Shown one piece after another: positions 19,979 through 30,924 of a stretch of DNA of 64,000 nt; the first letter of the stretch is position 1; each line of letters opens with the position of its first letter. The notes beneath the pieces are model-generated. The model worked only from the letters and a program-made list of their open reading frames with translations. It did not search any database and was not told the DNA's origin. The DNA is taken from NCBI GenBank assembly GCA_021731625.1, contig JAKFXC010000058.1, forward strand, positions 815-64,814, given 5' to 3'. The position numbers and the translations under genes were made by a program. Origin of the DNA: Candidatus Omnitrophota bacterium (lineage in GTDB: Bacteria > Omnitrophota > Gorgyraeia > Zapsychrales > Fredricksoniimonadaceae).

Positions 19979-20929
19979 ATGACCCGCCGGCAAAAATCCC
20001 TTGTTTTTCTGCTGGTTTTTCTGTTTGGTCTTCCGCAATTTTCCCACGCGGTCTGGATTTGGACCCCGGAAACCGGCAAGTTCATCAACCCCAAAATGGC
20101 GGTCAAATCGACGCCCCGCGAGCAATTGGAATATGCCCTGGCATTTTGGGACGGTAAAAAATACGCCCAGGCCCAGGCGGAACTTAAGAAACTCATCAAG
20201 AATTATCCCCGCGCCAAAGAAGCCCCCGAAGCCCAATACTATATAGGCCAAGTTTATGAAGAACTCAACCGGCCCTACGAGGCGTTTAAGGCCTATCAGG
20301 TGGTCATTGATAAATACCCTTTCAGCGAACGGGCCGCTGAGATTGTGGAAATCCAATACCAGATCGCCAACCAGATGTTGGGAGGCAAAAATAGACAGGG
20401 CAAATGGGTGGAAGCCATTGTCGGGGGGGACGACCGTATCACTGAAATTTTCCGGGCCGTCATCAAGAACGCGCCTTATGGAAAATATGCCCCGGTGTCC
20501 CAATATAAAATCGGGCTGTATTTGAAAGAACGGGGCCTGCTGCAGGAGGCCCGGGATGAGTTTGAAAAAACCATCAATGATTATCCGACCAGCGAATGGG
20601 CCAAGGCCGCCAAATTCCAGACCGCCATGACCGACACTCAGCGTTCCGGTGATGTTCAGCGGGAGCAAAAAGTCACCGCTGTGGCATTGGATGAATTCAA
20701 GGATTTTGTCAAGAACCACCCCGATAGTGAATTGACGGAACAGGCCAAGGAGCAAATTGACCGGCTGCGCTTTAAAGAAGCGGAGAACACCTTCCTCATC
20801 GCGCAATTTTATGAGAAACAAAAGAACTTTAAGTCTGCCGGAGTGTATTACAAATCCATTTGGAACAAATACGCGGACACCATATGGGGGCCCAAAGCCT
20901 TGGGCCGCCTGAAAGCGCTGGGCCAATGA
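19979..20929 (+). CDS. bamD: Outer membrane assembly factor BamD-like TPR protein
   Basis: Repeated TPR units (YPRAKEAPEAQY; IAQFYEK); precedes lptE-holA. Confidence 0.75.
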   Translation: MTRRQKSLVFLLVFLFGLPQFSHAVWIWTPETGKFINPKMAVKSTPREQLEYALAFWDGKKYAQAQAELKKLIKNYPRAKEAPEAQYYIGQVYEELNRPYEAFKAYQVVIDKYPFSERAAEIVEIQYQIANQMLGGKNRQGKWVEAIVGGDDRITEIFRAVIKNAPYGKYAPVSQYKIGLYLKERGLLQEARDEFEKTINDYPTSEWAKAAKFQTAMTDTQRSGDVQREQKVTAVALDEFKDFVKNHPDSELTEQAKEQIDRLRFKEAENTFLIAQFYEKQKNFKSAGVYYKSIWNKYADTIWGPKALGRLKALGQ

Positions 20930-21474
20930 TCAGGACATCATTCAAATCTTTATTTGTACTTCTTGGGGTTGGCATTGGGATCACTTTGACGGGCGGCTGC
21001 GGGTACAGCACCGGTTCCTTGCTGCCTAGCAATTACCGCACCATTTCCGTCGAGCCATTTAAAAACAAAGTCGGTTATTTGAATGAGAACATCCGCGGGC
21101 TGTATGTGCCGCTTCTAGAGGCTAAAGTGCACGATGCGGTGGTCAGCCGTTTTCAAACCGATGGACATTTGAAGGTTACCCGCTCTGAGCAGGCAGACCT
21201 GGTGCTTAAAGGAAGTTTAATTGGTTTTGACCGGGAAGAATTGCGTTTAAGCGACAACCAGGACGTGACCGAATACCGTCTGCGCATCACCGTGGCCATC
21301 ACCCTCTTTGATGGGACAGGGGGCGGACAGGAACTCTGGGACGAACCCTCATACTCGGGGGAAGCCACGTATTATATCAGCGGCCCGCAGGCCAAGTCCG
21401 AGGCCCAGGCCTTGGACGATGCCTTGAAGGACATATCCCGCCGCATCGTCGAGCGAACCCTTGAGAATTGGTGA
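20926..21474 (+). CDS. lptE: LPS assembly lipoprotein LptE
   Basis: GGCGY lipobox, ADLVLKG, EYRLRITV; conserved position upstream of holA. Confidence 0.8.
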   Translation: MIRTSFKSLFVLLGVGIGITLTGGCGYSTGSLLPSNYRTISVEPFKNKVGYLNENIRGLYVPLLEAKVHDAVVSRFQTDGHLKVTRSEQADLVLKGSLIGFDREELRLSDNQDVTEYRLRITVAITLFDGTGGGQELWDEPSYSGEATYYISGPQAKSEAQALDDALKDISRRIVERTLENW

Positions 21475-22121
21475 TGGTTTATCTGCTGCTCGGCGAAGAT
21501 TTAAAATCGAAAGACGCCAAAATTTCCCAAATCAAGTCGGTATGTTTTAAAGACCCCCAGGCTTTGCATTTTGATTTTGAGGCCTTGGACGCGCATGGCC
21601 TGCCCGCCGACACTTTAAAAAAAGCATTGCTCATTTTGCCGGTTCTGTCCGCTAAGCGGCTGGTGCTGTTGCGCAATGCCCATCAGATCAAAGCCGCCGA
21701 CGCGGCGGTGTTGCGGCAATTCCTCAAACAGCCGGCCGCGCACATCGACCTCGTTCTTGAAGCGAAGGAATTAAAAAGTGAATTTAAAGACATTGCCGCT
21801 CTGTGCACCGTCAGTAAATTCGGTGTTGCCGAGCCGGACAATGTTTTTGACATGACGAGGTTAATGGCGGCGGGACGGGCCAAGGATGCGTTAAAGATGT
21901 TGCACACCTTTTATGAAGGCGGTACCCATCCCTTGCAGATCATGGGGGGGTTGGTGTGGTTTTGGGGCAAAGAAGGCCGGTCCTTAAGGAAAGAAAAATT
22001 TGAACGTGGCTTGAAGGCCCTGGAAGACGCGGACTTAAATATTAAACGCAGCCGGATCGATCCGGAATATGCGGTGGAAAAAGCCGTGGTGGAATTGACC
22101 GGACTACTTAACACCCGTTAA
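21474..22121 (+). CDS. holA: DNA polymerase III delta subunit (short form)
   Basis: VYLLLGED, KRLVLLRNA, LEDADLNIK; between lptE and convergent rpsT. Confidence 0.75.
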   Translation: MVYLLLGEDLKSKDAKISQIKSVCFKDPQALHFDFEALDAHGLPADTLKKALLILPVLSAKRLVLLRNAHQIKAADAAVLRQFLKQPAAHIDLVLEAKELKSEFKDIAALCTVSKFGVAEPDNVFDMTRLMAAGRAKDALKMLHTFYEGGTHPLQIMGGLVWFWGKEGRSLRKEKFERGLKALEDADLNIKRSRIDPEYAVEKAVVELTGLLNTR

Positions 22122-22364
22122 CAGTTTGGCGAAACGGGCTTTGCGGCGGGCAGCGGTTCTTTTGTGCAGGACATTGCGTTTGGCGGCTTTGTCCAGTTTC
22201 TTGTAAACCGTTTTGAGCAGGTCTTGGGAATCTGCTTTTTTGTCCTTGGCCGCGCTAAGGAACGATTTAATGGTTTTCTTTAAATCGGTCTTGATGTCCA
22301 GGTTATGCATGTGCCTGGTGTAGTTTTTGCGGTGTTCTTTTATGGATGTTCGTCTCTGCGGCAT
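22104..22364 (-). CDS. rpsT: 30S ribosomal protein S20
   Basis: LDKAAKRNVLHKRTAARRKAR; 86 aa, basic. Confidence 0.95.
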   Translation of the reverse strand: MPQRRTSIKEHRKNYTRHMHNLDIKTDLKKTIKSFLSAAKDKKADSQDLLKTVYKKLDKAAKRNVLHKRTAARRKARFAKLLTGVK

Positions 22365-22395
22365 AAGGCCGATAATATAGCAAAGAGCCCCCAGG

Positions 22396-23748
22396 ATGTC
22401 AAATAGTAAATCCCCCAGCCATCATAAGTCGTTACTTAAAGCCGGAGGCGTGGTTTCGTTGGGGGTGCTGTGCTCGCGATTCTTAGGGTTTGTGCGGGAC
22501 ATGGTGATGGCGCATTTTATGGGCACGGGCCTCGCGGCCGAGGCTTTTTTTGTGGCCCAGCGCATCCCCAATGTGATGCGGGATTTGGTCGGGGAGGGCG
22601 CTGCCAACGCGGCGATTGTGCCGGTGCTGTCCGAATACCAACAGCAACGGTCCCGGCCAGAATGGCAGGCCTTGATCAATGTGATCATGGCGTGGGGCTT
22701 GCTGGTTTTAGGGGGCATCACCGTCGTGGGCCTTTTGGCGGCGCCTTGGATCGTGCAGGTGATGGCGCCTGGCTTCCGGGAAGACCCGCAGAAATTCCAG
22801 CTGACCGTCGAGTTGACCCGCATCATGTTCCCGTATCTTATCCTGATTGCCCTGGCGGCTTTTCAATCCGGAATTCTTTTTTCCATCAATTCTTTTGTGG
22901 CGCCGGCGTTTGGGCCGTGCTTATTGAATGTGGTGATGATTGGCAGCGGCTTTGCCGCCGTGTGGTTTGGCTGGCCGTTTGTGTACGTGCTGTCGCTGGC
23001 GGTGGTCTTGGGCGGCATGGCCCAGTTTTGGGTGCAGTGGCTGGCCCTGCGTGCCAAAGGTGTGCAGGTCACTTGGCCCCGGACTTTTCAGAATGAGGGG
23101 GCCCGCAAAGTCCTCTCCCTTTTGATCCCGCGGATTTGGGGGTCCGGTGTATACCAAATCAATGTTTTGGCCGACACCTTGTGCGCGTCCTTGGCCTTCA
23201 TCGTAGGTCCCGGCGGCGTGGCAGCCCTCTATTATGCCACCCGCATCATCCAGTTTCCGTTGGGCGTGTTTGGATATGCGCTATCGTCGGTGAGTTTGCC
23301 GGTGCTGTCTAAAATTGCCGCCGACGGGGATATGCGCGCTTTTAAACAAACGCTGCTGTTTTCCCTGCGCAACTTGCTGCTGGTCCTGGTCCCTTGCGCC
23401 GCGCTGCTGGCCGTGGGGGCGCCTTGGATCATCAGGGTTGTTTTCGAGCGCGGGGCGTTCGGGGCTTACTCGACGGAGATAACCGCGCAGGCCTTGTTTT
23501 TTTCCAGTCTCGGGCTGCCGTTTTACGGGGCGTCGCGCCTCTTGGCCGGCGCCTTCTACGCCCTGCAGGACTCCAAAACTCCGGCAAAATCTGCTACAAT
23601 ATGTCTGATTGTCAATATTGTTTTGAATGTGCTTTTGATGTTTCCTCTAAAGATCGGCGGGATCGCCCTTGCCAGCAGCATCGCCAGCCTGGTAAATACC
23701 CTCATGCTATGGACCAGCTTAAAGAAAAAATTAAATCGCTCCCAGTGA
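22396..23748 (+). CDS. murJ: Lipid II flippase MurJ (MviN)
   Basis: SRFLGFVRD, RIPNVMRDLVGEGA, QFPLGVFG, FYALQDSKTP. Confidence 0.95.
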   Translation: MSNSKSPSHHKSLLKAGGVVSLGVLCSRFLGFVRDMVMAHFMGTGLAAEAFFVAQRIPNVMRDLVGEGAANAAIVPVLSEYQQQRSRPEWQALINVIMAWGLLVLGGITVVGLLAAPWIVQVMAPGFREDPQKFQLTVELTRIMFPYLILIALAAFQSGILFSINSFVAPAFGPCLLNVVMIGSGFAAVWFGWPFVYVLSLAVVLGGMAQFWVQWLALRAKGVQVTWPRTFQNEGARKVLSLLIPRIWGSGVYQINVLADTLCASLAFIVGPGGVAALYYATRIIQFPLGVFGYALSSVSLPVLSKIAADGDMRAFKQTLLFSLRNLLLVLVPCAALLAVGAPWIIRVVFERGAFGAYSTEITAQALFFSSLGLPFYGASRLLAGAFYALQDSKTPAKSATICLIVNIVLNVLLMFPLKIGGIALASSIASLVNTLMLWTSLKKKLNRSQ

Positions 23749-24980
23749 CCAGCGGCGTTTATATTTATAAAGATGCCGACGGCAATGTCATTTACATCGG
23801 CAAGGCCGTGAATTTGCGTAAGCGCGTGGAGTCCTACCTGCGTGCAAAGGACAGTTTAAAGACCGGTATGCTGGTGGCCCGCGTGGCCGACATCGAAACC
23901 ATCCCTACGCTCTCGGAAGCGGAGGCGCTGCTGCTGGAGGCGGGCCTGATTAAAAAACACCAGCCGCGCTACAACGTTGAACTCAAAGATGGCAAGACCT
24001 ATCCGTTTATCCAGATCACCAAAGAAGAGTTTCCGTTAGTGTCCGTGGTGCGGGTGAGCAGCCGCCAGAATGAGGGAAAGTCGAAGGGGGATTTGTATGG
24101 GCCGTATGTCGAATCCCGTTTGATCCGCGAGGCCCTGCAAATCATCCGCCGGATCTTTCCTTTCCGCAGCTGCTCGCCGTTTGCTCATAAACTTTGCTTG
24201 GATTACCACATTGGTTTGTGCGCCGGGCCGTGCGAAGGGAAAATCAGCAAAGCAGAGTACGCCCGCAACATCCGTCACGTGCGCTTGATTCTCGACGGCA
24301 ACAAAGACGGCCTATACCGCCAGCTGCGCAAGGAAATGGAAGAGTTTTCCCGCGTCAAAGAGTTTGAGAAGGCCGGCACCGTGCGGGACCAGATGAGGGC
24401 CATCGGCGCGCTCTATTCCAGCTCCGCCGACATCAATTATTTTAAGGAAGCGGAGCAGCTGCAGCGGGCGTTGCATTTGCCCAAGGAGCCCCTGCGCATC
24501 GAATGCTTTGACATCTCCAACATCATGGGCACTCATTCGACAGGGTCGATGGTCTCTTTTTTAAACGGCAAACCGGATAAGAATAATTACCGGCGGTTTA
24601 AGATCAAAACCGTCAAAGGCATCGACGACGTGCAAATGATGGGGGAAGTGGTGCGTCGTCGGTACACCCGGCTCAAAAAAGAAGGCGCCGCGTTCCCTGA
24701 CCTCATTTTAATCGACGGCGGCAAAGGCCAGTTGGGGGGCGCGGTCAAGGAACTTAAAGAACTGGACGTGAGCATCCCAATTGCAGCCCTGGCCAAACGC
24801 GAGGAAGAGATATTTTTGCCCACCCGCCGCCTGCCGGTGATTTTGCCGCCGGATTCGCTGGGCCTGAAACTGGTCATGCGCGTGCGCGACGAGGCGCATC
24901 GGTTTGCCCTCAAATATCACCGTTTCCTCCGTGGCAGAGAGGCGCTAGACAAGGACGAAACGCGGATTAATCCAAATTGA
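23709..24980 (+). CDS. uvrC: Excinuclease ABC subunit C (short form)
   Basis: GIY-YIG GVYIYK...IYIGKA, IECFDIS, PDLILIDGGKGQL, RDEAHRFA; start MDQLK at 23709. Confidence 0.93.
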   Translation: MDQLKEKIKSLPVTSGVYIYKDADGNVIYIGKAVNLRKRVESYLRAKDSLKTGMLVARVADIETIPTLSEAEALLLEAGLIKKHQPRYNVELKDGKTYPFIQITKEEFPLVSVVRVSSRQNEGKSKGDLYGPYVESRLIREALQIIRRIFPFRSCSPFAHKLCLDYHIGLCAGPCEGKISKAEYARNIRHVRLILDGNKDGLYRQLRKEMEEFSRVKEFEKAGTVRDQMRAIGALYSSSADINYFKEAEQLQRALHLPKEPLRIECFDISNIMGTHSTGSMVSFLNGKPDKNNYRRFKIKTVKGIDDVQMMGEVVRRRYTRLKKEGAAFPDLILIDGGKGQLGGAVKELKELDVSIPIAALAKREEEIFLPTRRLPVILPPDSLGLKLVMRVRDEAHRFALKYHRFLRGREALDKDETRINPN

Positions 24981-24985
24981 GGGGC

Positions 24986-25014
24986 TTGCGATTGCGTACA
25001 CATTATGGTACACT
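24986..25014 (+). promoter_or_regulatory. Toxin-antitoxin promoter with paired GTACAC operator candidates
   Basis: TTGCGA-N17-TACACT; GTACAC at 24996 and 25008 (12-bp spacing). Confidence 0.55.
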
Positions 25015-25035
25015 TACTTCAGGAGGTGATCGTTT

Positions 25036-25308
25036 ATGGTGAACACTATTTCGGTGCGTGAATTGCGTCCAAGACTTTCCAACGTGATCGATCGGATCCA
25101 TGACCGGTTTGATCGTTACGTTGTTACTAAGCGCGGTAAACCGGAAGTCGTCATGATGAGTATTGAGGATTACGAGGGGCTTTTAGAAACCTTGGAAATT
25201 CAATCAGATAAGATGCTTATGAAACGCATCAAAAAAGCGGAAAAAGATTTAACTTTAGGAAAAGGCGTGGCTTTGGAAGACTTTTATAGGAAATTGAAAA
25301 TTGTATAA
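25036..25308 (+). CDS. Phd/YefM family antitoxin
   Basis: ISVRELR...VVTKRGKPEVVMMSIEDYE; SD AGGAGG. Confidence 0.92.
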   Translation: MVNTISVRELRPRLSNVIDRIHDRFDRYVVTKRGKPEVVMMSIEDYEGLLETLEIQSDKMLMKRIKKAEKDLTLGKGVALEDFYRKLKIV

Positions 25309-25564
25309 AGTTATTTTGCTGCCTGAGGCTGAAAAAAGTCTTGAGCAGATTTATTATGGCGATCGGTCGCATTTCCAGCGCATCAAACATGCCATTGACT
25401 CGTTAAAAGTTGACCCCTCTCAGGGAAAACTACTGAAGAATGGACTTAAAGGTAAATTATCCTTACGGGTCGGTTTTTACAGAGTCATTTATTCCGTTGA
25501 TCACAAAGTAGTGACAGTGTACATTTTCGATGTTGGTCACAGAAGCGGAGTTTATAAGCGTTGA
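25301..25564 (+). CDS. RelE/ParE family toxin
   Basis: YKVIL...LRVGFYRVIY...VGHRSGVY; overlaps antitoxin stop. Confidence 0.92.
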   Translation: MYKVILLPEAEKSLEQIYYGDRSHFQRIKHAIDSLKVDPSQGKLLKNGLKGKLSLRVGFYRVIYSVDHKVVTVYIFDVGHRSGVYKR

Positions 25565-25733
25565 ATCAGGGGTTGAATTGCGTGCCGCCCACCCCAACCG
25601 GACTTAATTTTGGTGGATCATTGGCGGTCTCTCCAAACCCGCTCTCTAAGTTAACCCCCGAATAGATTTCTATCGACAGTATTTAGATTTAAGATTATTA
25701 TAATTACTTTTACGGCGCTGGAGGTGTTTGTCG

Positions 25734-26825
25734 ATGGAGATCGGAATTGTCGGTTTGCCCAATGTGGGCAAATCGTCGTTGTTTAATGCGTTGACCGGCG
25801 CCCAGGCGGCGGCTGAAAATTTTCCGTTTACGACCATCGAACCGAACATCGGCGTGGTACCGTTACCGGACCCACGCCTGGAAGTTTTTGCCAAAGAGTG
25901 GGAATCGCAAAAAGTGGTCCCTTCAGGGATCCGGTTTGTGGACATTGCCGGCATTGTCAAAGGCGCCAGCGAAGGCCAGGGATTAGGGAATAAGTTCCTG
26001 GCGCACATCCGTTCCGTCGACGCCATCGCCCACGTGGTGCGCTGTTTTAAAGACGACAATGTGGTCAATGTCATGCAGGATTTGGACCCTAAGTCCGCGG
26101 CGGACATCATTGAGACCGAGCTTTTATTGGCGGACATTCAGCAGGCCCAGAAAGCTTTAGAAAAATGGATGAAAACAGCCAAGGGCGGGGACAAGGACGC
26201 CAAGGAGCGCTGCGAGACACTGGACACCTTGCTTAAAGGTTTTAACGACGGCAAGCCGGCTCGCAGCCAGGCCTCCCGTACGGAGAACCCGTTGCCAGCA
26301 GAAAGTTTTGCGGAATACCAGTTTTTGACCGCCAAGCCGTTACTGTATGTGGCCAACACCGACGAGGGAGATCCGGATCCGGCATTGCTTAAGCCTTTGC
26401 AGGAACGGGCCGCCAAAGAAGGCGCGGCCTTGATTGCGCTGTGCACGAAGCTTGAGGCGGAGATCGTGCAATTGCCGCAGGAAGAACGCAAAGGGTATTA
26501 TGAATCCGCCGGCATCGCCACCCCGGGTCTGGCCCGTTTGGCGCAGGCGGGTAAAGATTTATTGGGGCTGGTCTGTTTTTTTACCGCTGGGCCGCAAGAA
26601 ACACACGCCTGGCTGATTCCCAAAGGCACCCGCGCGGTCAAAGCCGCCGGAAAGATCCACAGCGACATCGAACGCGGGTTTATCCGGGCGGAAATTTATA
26701 CGTATGACGATTTGGCCAAACACGGCTCTTATAAAGCCCTGCAAGAAAAAAATTTAGTGCGGCTCGAAGGAAAAGATTACGAAATCAAAGACGGCGACGC
26801 CGCGTATTTTAGGTTTAGTGTATGA
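25734..26825 (+). CDS. ychF: Redox-regulated ATPase YchF
   Basis: GIVGLPNVGKS, FVDIAGIVKGASEGQGLGNKFL, AAGKIHSD, EGKDY. Confidence 0.97.
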   Translation: MEIGIVGLPNVGKSSLFNALTGAQAAAENFPFTTIEPNIGVVPLPDPRLEVFAKEWESQKVVPSGIRFVDIAGIVKGASEGQGLGNKFLAHIRSVDAIAHVVRCFKDDNVVNVMQDLDPKSAADIIETELLLADIQQAQKALEKWMKTAKGGDKDAKERCETLDTLLKGFNDGKPARSQASRTENPLPAESFAEYQFLTAKPLLYVANTDEGDPDPALLKPLQERAAKEGAALIALCTKLEAEIVQLPQEERKGYYESAGIATPGLARLAQAGKDLLGLVCFFTAGPQETHAWLIPKGTRAVKAAGKIHSDIERGFIRAEIYTYDDLAKHGSYKALQEKNLVRLEGKDYEIKDGDAAYFRFSV

Positions 26826-27956
26826 TCGACGACATCAGTAAACATTTGGATGAACTTGCCCAGAGGCTGGCTGGCCTAAGGGGGTATCTTTGACATTGCC
26901 TCAAAAGAACAACGCATCGCCGAAATACAAGATTTGATGTCGCAGGCCGGGTTTTGGGACGACCAAAGCAAGGCCAATAAGGTCATGCAGGAACTTAAAA
27001 GTTTAAAGACCATCGTCGAGCCTTATTACGATGGCCTTAAACGCGCGACGGAATCACAGGAACTTTTGGAAATTTCCGGCGGGGACGAACACATGCAGCA
27101 GCAACTGGATGTCGAGGCCAAGGCCTTAGAGAAGACCATCGCCGGCATTGAAATGGCGGCCCGGCTGTCCGGCCCATTCGACAACAACAACGCGCTGCTT
27201 AGCATCAATCCCGGCGCCGGCGGCACCGAGTCTTGCGATTGGGCCAGCATGCTCTTTCGCATGTACGCCCGCTGGTGCGACATCCGCGGTTTTAAATATG
27301 AAGTGATCGACTACTTAGACGGTGAAGAGGCGGGCCTCAAAAGCGTCACCTTGCGCATCGAGGGAGAAAAGGCCTACGGGTATTTAAAATCGGAAAAAGG
27401 GGTGCACCGGCTGGTGCGCATTTCGCCTTTTGATGCCAATAAAAGGCGGCACACCTCGTTCGTGTCCGTCGAGGTGATCCCGGAAATCGAAGAAGACATC
27501 CCGCTGGACATTGACCCGTCGCAACTGCGCATTGATGTCTACCGTGCTTCCGGTCCCGGCGGCCAAGGGGTCAACACCACGGATTCTGCGGTGCGCATCA
27601 CCCACGTTCCGACCGGATTGGTGGCGCAGTCGCAAAAAGAGCGTTCGCAGCTGCAAAACAAGATGCAGGCCATGAAGGTGTTGCGGGCTAGGCTTTATGA
27701 ACTCAAGCGCCGTGAACAGGAAGAAGTGTTAAACAAAGAGGCCGGCGACAAACAGAAAATTGAATGGGGCAGCCAAATCCGCTCCTATGTGCTGCATCCG
27801 TATCTGATGGTCAAAGACCACCGCACCGGCGCCGAGACCGGCAATGCCCAAAAGGTGCTCGACGGTGAGATTGACCTTTTCATCGAGGGGTATTTAAGCA
27901 CGCGGCCAGAAGACCGGGACAAACGTTTAAAGAATAAAGGAAATGACGATGTTTGA
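26822..27956 (+). CDS. prfB: Peptide chain release factor 2 with programmed +1 frameshift
   Basis: ATG 26822 ORF ends AGG GGG TAT CTT TGA C (CTT 26888-26890), the canonical RF2 shift site; +1 frame carries SPF and GGQ motifs. Confidence 0.97.
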
Positions 27957-30924
27957 TTTTTTGATCCGTAAGAGCGCTGTCAGTTCCGCCCAAAGCCATA
28001 TCGACCGGTTAAATCCCAAGGTGCAGATCCATATCCATCCGGAAGCGCCGCTGCCATCCATCGGTTTGGTCAAGCGCCTCTCCGGGCGCGCCGCGGCCAT
28101 CTGCGCGTTGGAACCCGCCATCAGCGCCTTGTCCGACGAGCAACTGAAGGCCAAGACCGCGGAATTTAAAGCCAAAATAACCCAGACCATTGCCAAGTCC
28201 AAGGCCCAGAACGATGATCTGCAGGAGCGGTACCGCCGGGCCCAGTCTGCCCAGGAACGCGAAGATCTGGGCGTGGAACTTAAAAAAATTGGCGAAGAAC
28301 TCTTCGACATCAAGCAGAAAGTTTTAGATGACATCTTAAACGAGGCATTCGCCGTCGTGCGCGAGGCGGGGAAACGCGTCCGCAACATGCGCCATTTCGA
28401 CGTGCAGCTCGTCGGCGGCATGGTCCTGCACGAAGGCAATATTTCAGAAATGACCACCGGCGAAGGCAAGACCTTAGTCGCCACGCTGCCTGCCTATTTA
28501 AACGCCTTGACCGGCGATGGGGTGCACATCGTCACCGTCAATGATTACCTGGCCCTGCGCGACCGCAACTGGATGGGGCCGATTTTTGAATCGTTGGGTT
28601 TGACGGTCGGCTGCATACAGCACGACATGAGCCCGCCGCAGCGCCAGCAGTCCTACAATTGCGACGTTACCTACGGCACCAACAATGAATTCGGTTTCGA
28701 TTATTTGCGCGACAATATGGTCTCCGCCAAGGAAGAAATGGTGCAACAACTCGGCCATGCGTATGCCATCGTCGACGAGGTGGACAGCATTTTGGTGGAT
28801 GAGGCCCGCACGCCGCTGATTATTTCCGGTCCGGCGGAAGAAAGCACGGACAAGTATTACAAGGCCAATCAGATTTCCCGCGAACTTAAAGGGCGATTGG
28901 TGACCGAGGCCCAGGAGGTCGATGCCAAACACAAGGGCGAGGACCTCTCGACGGGGTTTGATTATGTGGCGGATGAAAAAAATAAGACCATTGCCATGAC
29001 CGAGCAGGGTGAAGCCAAGGCCGCCCAGCTCTTCGGCGTCAAGAATTTGCACGACATTGAGACCGTCGAGTACCGCCACCACGTGGTCTGCAGCCTTAGG
29101 GCCAAGGAGTTTTTCCGGCGCGACGTGGATTATGTGGTCAAAGAGGGCAAAGTCATTATCGTGGATGAGTTTACCGGGCGCATGATGCCCGGCCGCCGCT
29201 GGTCGGACGGGTTGCACCAAGCCGTCGAGGCCCGCGAAGGCATCAAGATCGAGCGCGAGACCCAGACTTTGGCCACCATCACCTTCCAGAATTATTTTCG
29301 CATGTACGACAAGCTCTCCGGCATGACCGGCACCGCCTACACCGAGGCCAATGAATTCAAGCAGATCTACAACTTGGATGTGGTGGTCATCCCCACCAAT
29401 CGTCCGCTCATCCGCCAAAATTATCCGGACTGCATTTATAAGACCCAGGAGGGCAAATACAAAGCGGTGGTGGCAGACATCGAAGCCGCGCATCAAAAAG
29501 GCCAGCCGGTGTTGGTCGGCACGATTTCCATTGAGCGCTCGGAAATCATTTCCGGCCTGCTGCGCAGCAAAGGCATTCCGCACCAGGTTTTAAACGCCAA
29601 GTTCCATGAAATGGAGGCCCACATCATCGCCCAGGCCGGCCGCCATAAGCAGGTGACCATTGCCACCAACATGGCCGGACGCGGCACCGACATCATGCTC
29701 GGCGGCAACGCCGAATATCTGGCCCGGGCCCTGGCCGCTGAAAAAAATAAAAATGCCGAGGGGGAAGAGCACCAGGCCATGGTGGAAAAATTCATCAGCC
29801 AGTTCAAAGACCAGGTCGCCAAAGAAAAAGAGCAGGTCTTGGCCGCCGGGGGTTTATATGTCATGGGCACCGAACGCCACGAATCCCGCCGCATCGATAA
29901 TCAGTTGCGCGGCCGCTGCGGCCGTCAAGGAGACCCGGGCGCCACGCGTTTTTACGTTTCCCTACAGGATGATTTGATGCGCCTGTTTGCCTCCGACCGC
30001 ATCATGCTGGTCATGGACAAGTTAGGATTGGAAGAAGACCAGGTCATTGAATCGCGCATGGTCTCGGGGGCGCTGGAAGTTGCGCAAAAACGGGTGGAGA
30101 ATTACAACTTTGAAATCCGCAAACAATTGCTGGAATACGACAATGTGATGAACAAGCAGCGCGAGGTCATTTACTCGTTGCGCCGTTCCATCCTCGAGGG
30201 CGAAAACCTTAAAGACGTGGTGCTCGATGCGATCGCCTCTGCGTGCGACGATGTGCTGACCCAGCATTTAGAACTGACCACCGAGGGAGAGCGCAACCTG
30301 GAGACGCTGGCGGTGGACTTGCTGTCGCGTTTTTCCGTGGACATCCGCCCGCTCATGGAGCAACTTACAGGCAACACCTCCCAGCAAATCAAGGACGATG
30401 TCCAGGACCTGCTGATGAAGGCCTATGAATTTAAAGAACAGCAAATCACGCCGGACATGATGCGGCGTCTGGAGCGGATGGTGCTTTTGCATGTGATCGA
30501 CAATAAGTGGAAAGACCATTTGCATGCCATGGACCATATCAAAGACGGCATCAGCCTGCGGGCGCTGGGGCAGCGCGATCCTTTGGTGGAATACAAAAAG
30601 GAAGGGTTCGCCATGTTCAAAGGCATGTACGCGTCCATCAATCAGGAAGTGGCCACGCTGATGTTTAAACTGGAACCCTCGCCGGACATGAATCGCCCGC
30701 GTTCCATATTTAGCGATATAGATCAAAAGGCCGTGCATCAGGAATTTTCCGGACTGCCTACGGGCCAGCCCGGTCCTCCCGGAGTTCCTCCGGGGCTCAG
30801 GCCGCCAACAACCGGTGCCCCGCCGGCGTCCACGCCTCTACGCAGCAACACCCCCAAAGTCGGACGCAACGACCCCTGCCCCTGCGGCAGCGGTAAAAAA
30901 TACAAAAAATGCTGCGGCCAATAA
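27943..30924 (+). CDS. secA: Preprotein translocase SecA
   Basis: [42 protein letters not shown]-terminal [18 protein letters not shown]. Confidence 0.98.
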   Translation: MTMFDFLIRKSAVSSAQSHIDRLNPKVQIHIHPEAPLPSIGLVKRLSGRAAAICALEPAISALSDEQLKAKTAEFKAKITQTIAKSKAQNDDLQERYRRAQSAQEREDLGVELKKIGEELFDIKQKVLDDILNEAFAVVREAGKRVRNMRHFDVQLVGGMVLHEGNISEMTTGEGKTLVATLPAYLNALTGDGVHIVTVNDYLALRDRNWMGPIFESLGLTVGCIQHDMSPPQRQQSYNCDVTYGTNNEFGFDYLRDNMVSAKEEMVQQLGHAYAIVDEVDSILVDEARTPLIISGPAEESTDKYYKANQISRELKGRLVTEAQEVDAKHKGEDLSTGFDYVADEKNKTIAMTEQGEAKAAQLFGVKNLHDIETVEYRHHVVCSLRAKEFFRRDVDYVVKEGKVIIVDEFTGRMMPGRRWSDGLHQAVEAREGIKIERETQTLATITFQNYFRMYDKLSGMTGTAYTEANEFKQIYNLDVVVIPTNRPLIRQNYPDCIYKTQEGKYKAVVADIEAAHQKGQPVLVGTISIERSEIISGLLRSKGIPHQVLNAKFHEMEAHIIAQAGRHKQVTIATNMAGRGTDIMLGGNAEYLARALAAEKNKNAEGEEHQAMVEKFISQFKDQVAKEKEQVLAAGGLYVMGTERHESRRIDNQLRGRCGRQGDPGATRFYVSLQDDLMRLFASDRIMLVMDKLGLEEDQVIESRMVSGALEVAQKRVENYNFEIRKQLLEYDNVMNKQREVIYSLRRSILEGENLKDVVLDAIASACDDVLTQHLELTTEGERNLETLAVDLLSRFSVDIRPLMEQLTGNTSQQIKDDVQDLLMKAYEFKEQQITPDMMRRLERMVLLHVIDNKWKDHLHAMDHIKDGISLRALGQRDPLVEYKKEGFAMFKGMYASINQEVATLMFKLEPSPDMNRPRSIFSDIDQKAVHQEFSGLPTGQPGPPGVPPGLRPPTTGAPPASTPLRSNTPKVGRNDPCPCGSGKKYKKCCGQ

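Noticed and set aside
19961-20926. 321-aa minus-strand ORF
   Set aside because: Antisense shadow of bamD.
23394-23708. N-terminal extension of UvrC in the ORF track
   Set aside because: It overlaps murJ; UvrC homology starts at MDQLK (23709).
26934-27956. ORF-track start for RF2, and the apparent premature stop at 26891
   Set aside because: This is the canonical prfB +1 frameshift (AGGGGG-TAT-CTT-TGA-C). It is neither a pseudogene nor novel; the real start is 26822.
27943-28330. Atypical SecA N-terminus with helical insertion
   Set aside because: Variable N-terminal insertions are common in SecA, and all core motifs are intact.
28498-29583. 361-aa minus-strand ORF
   Set aside because: Antisense shadow of secA with no recognisable motifs.
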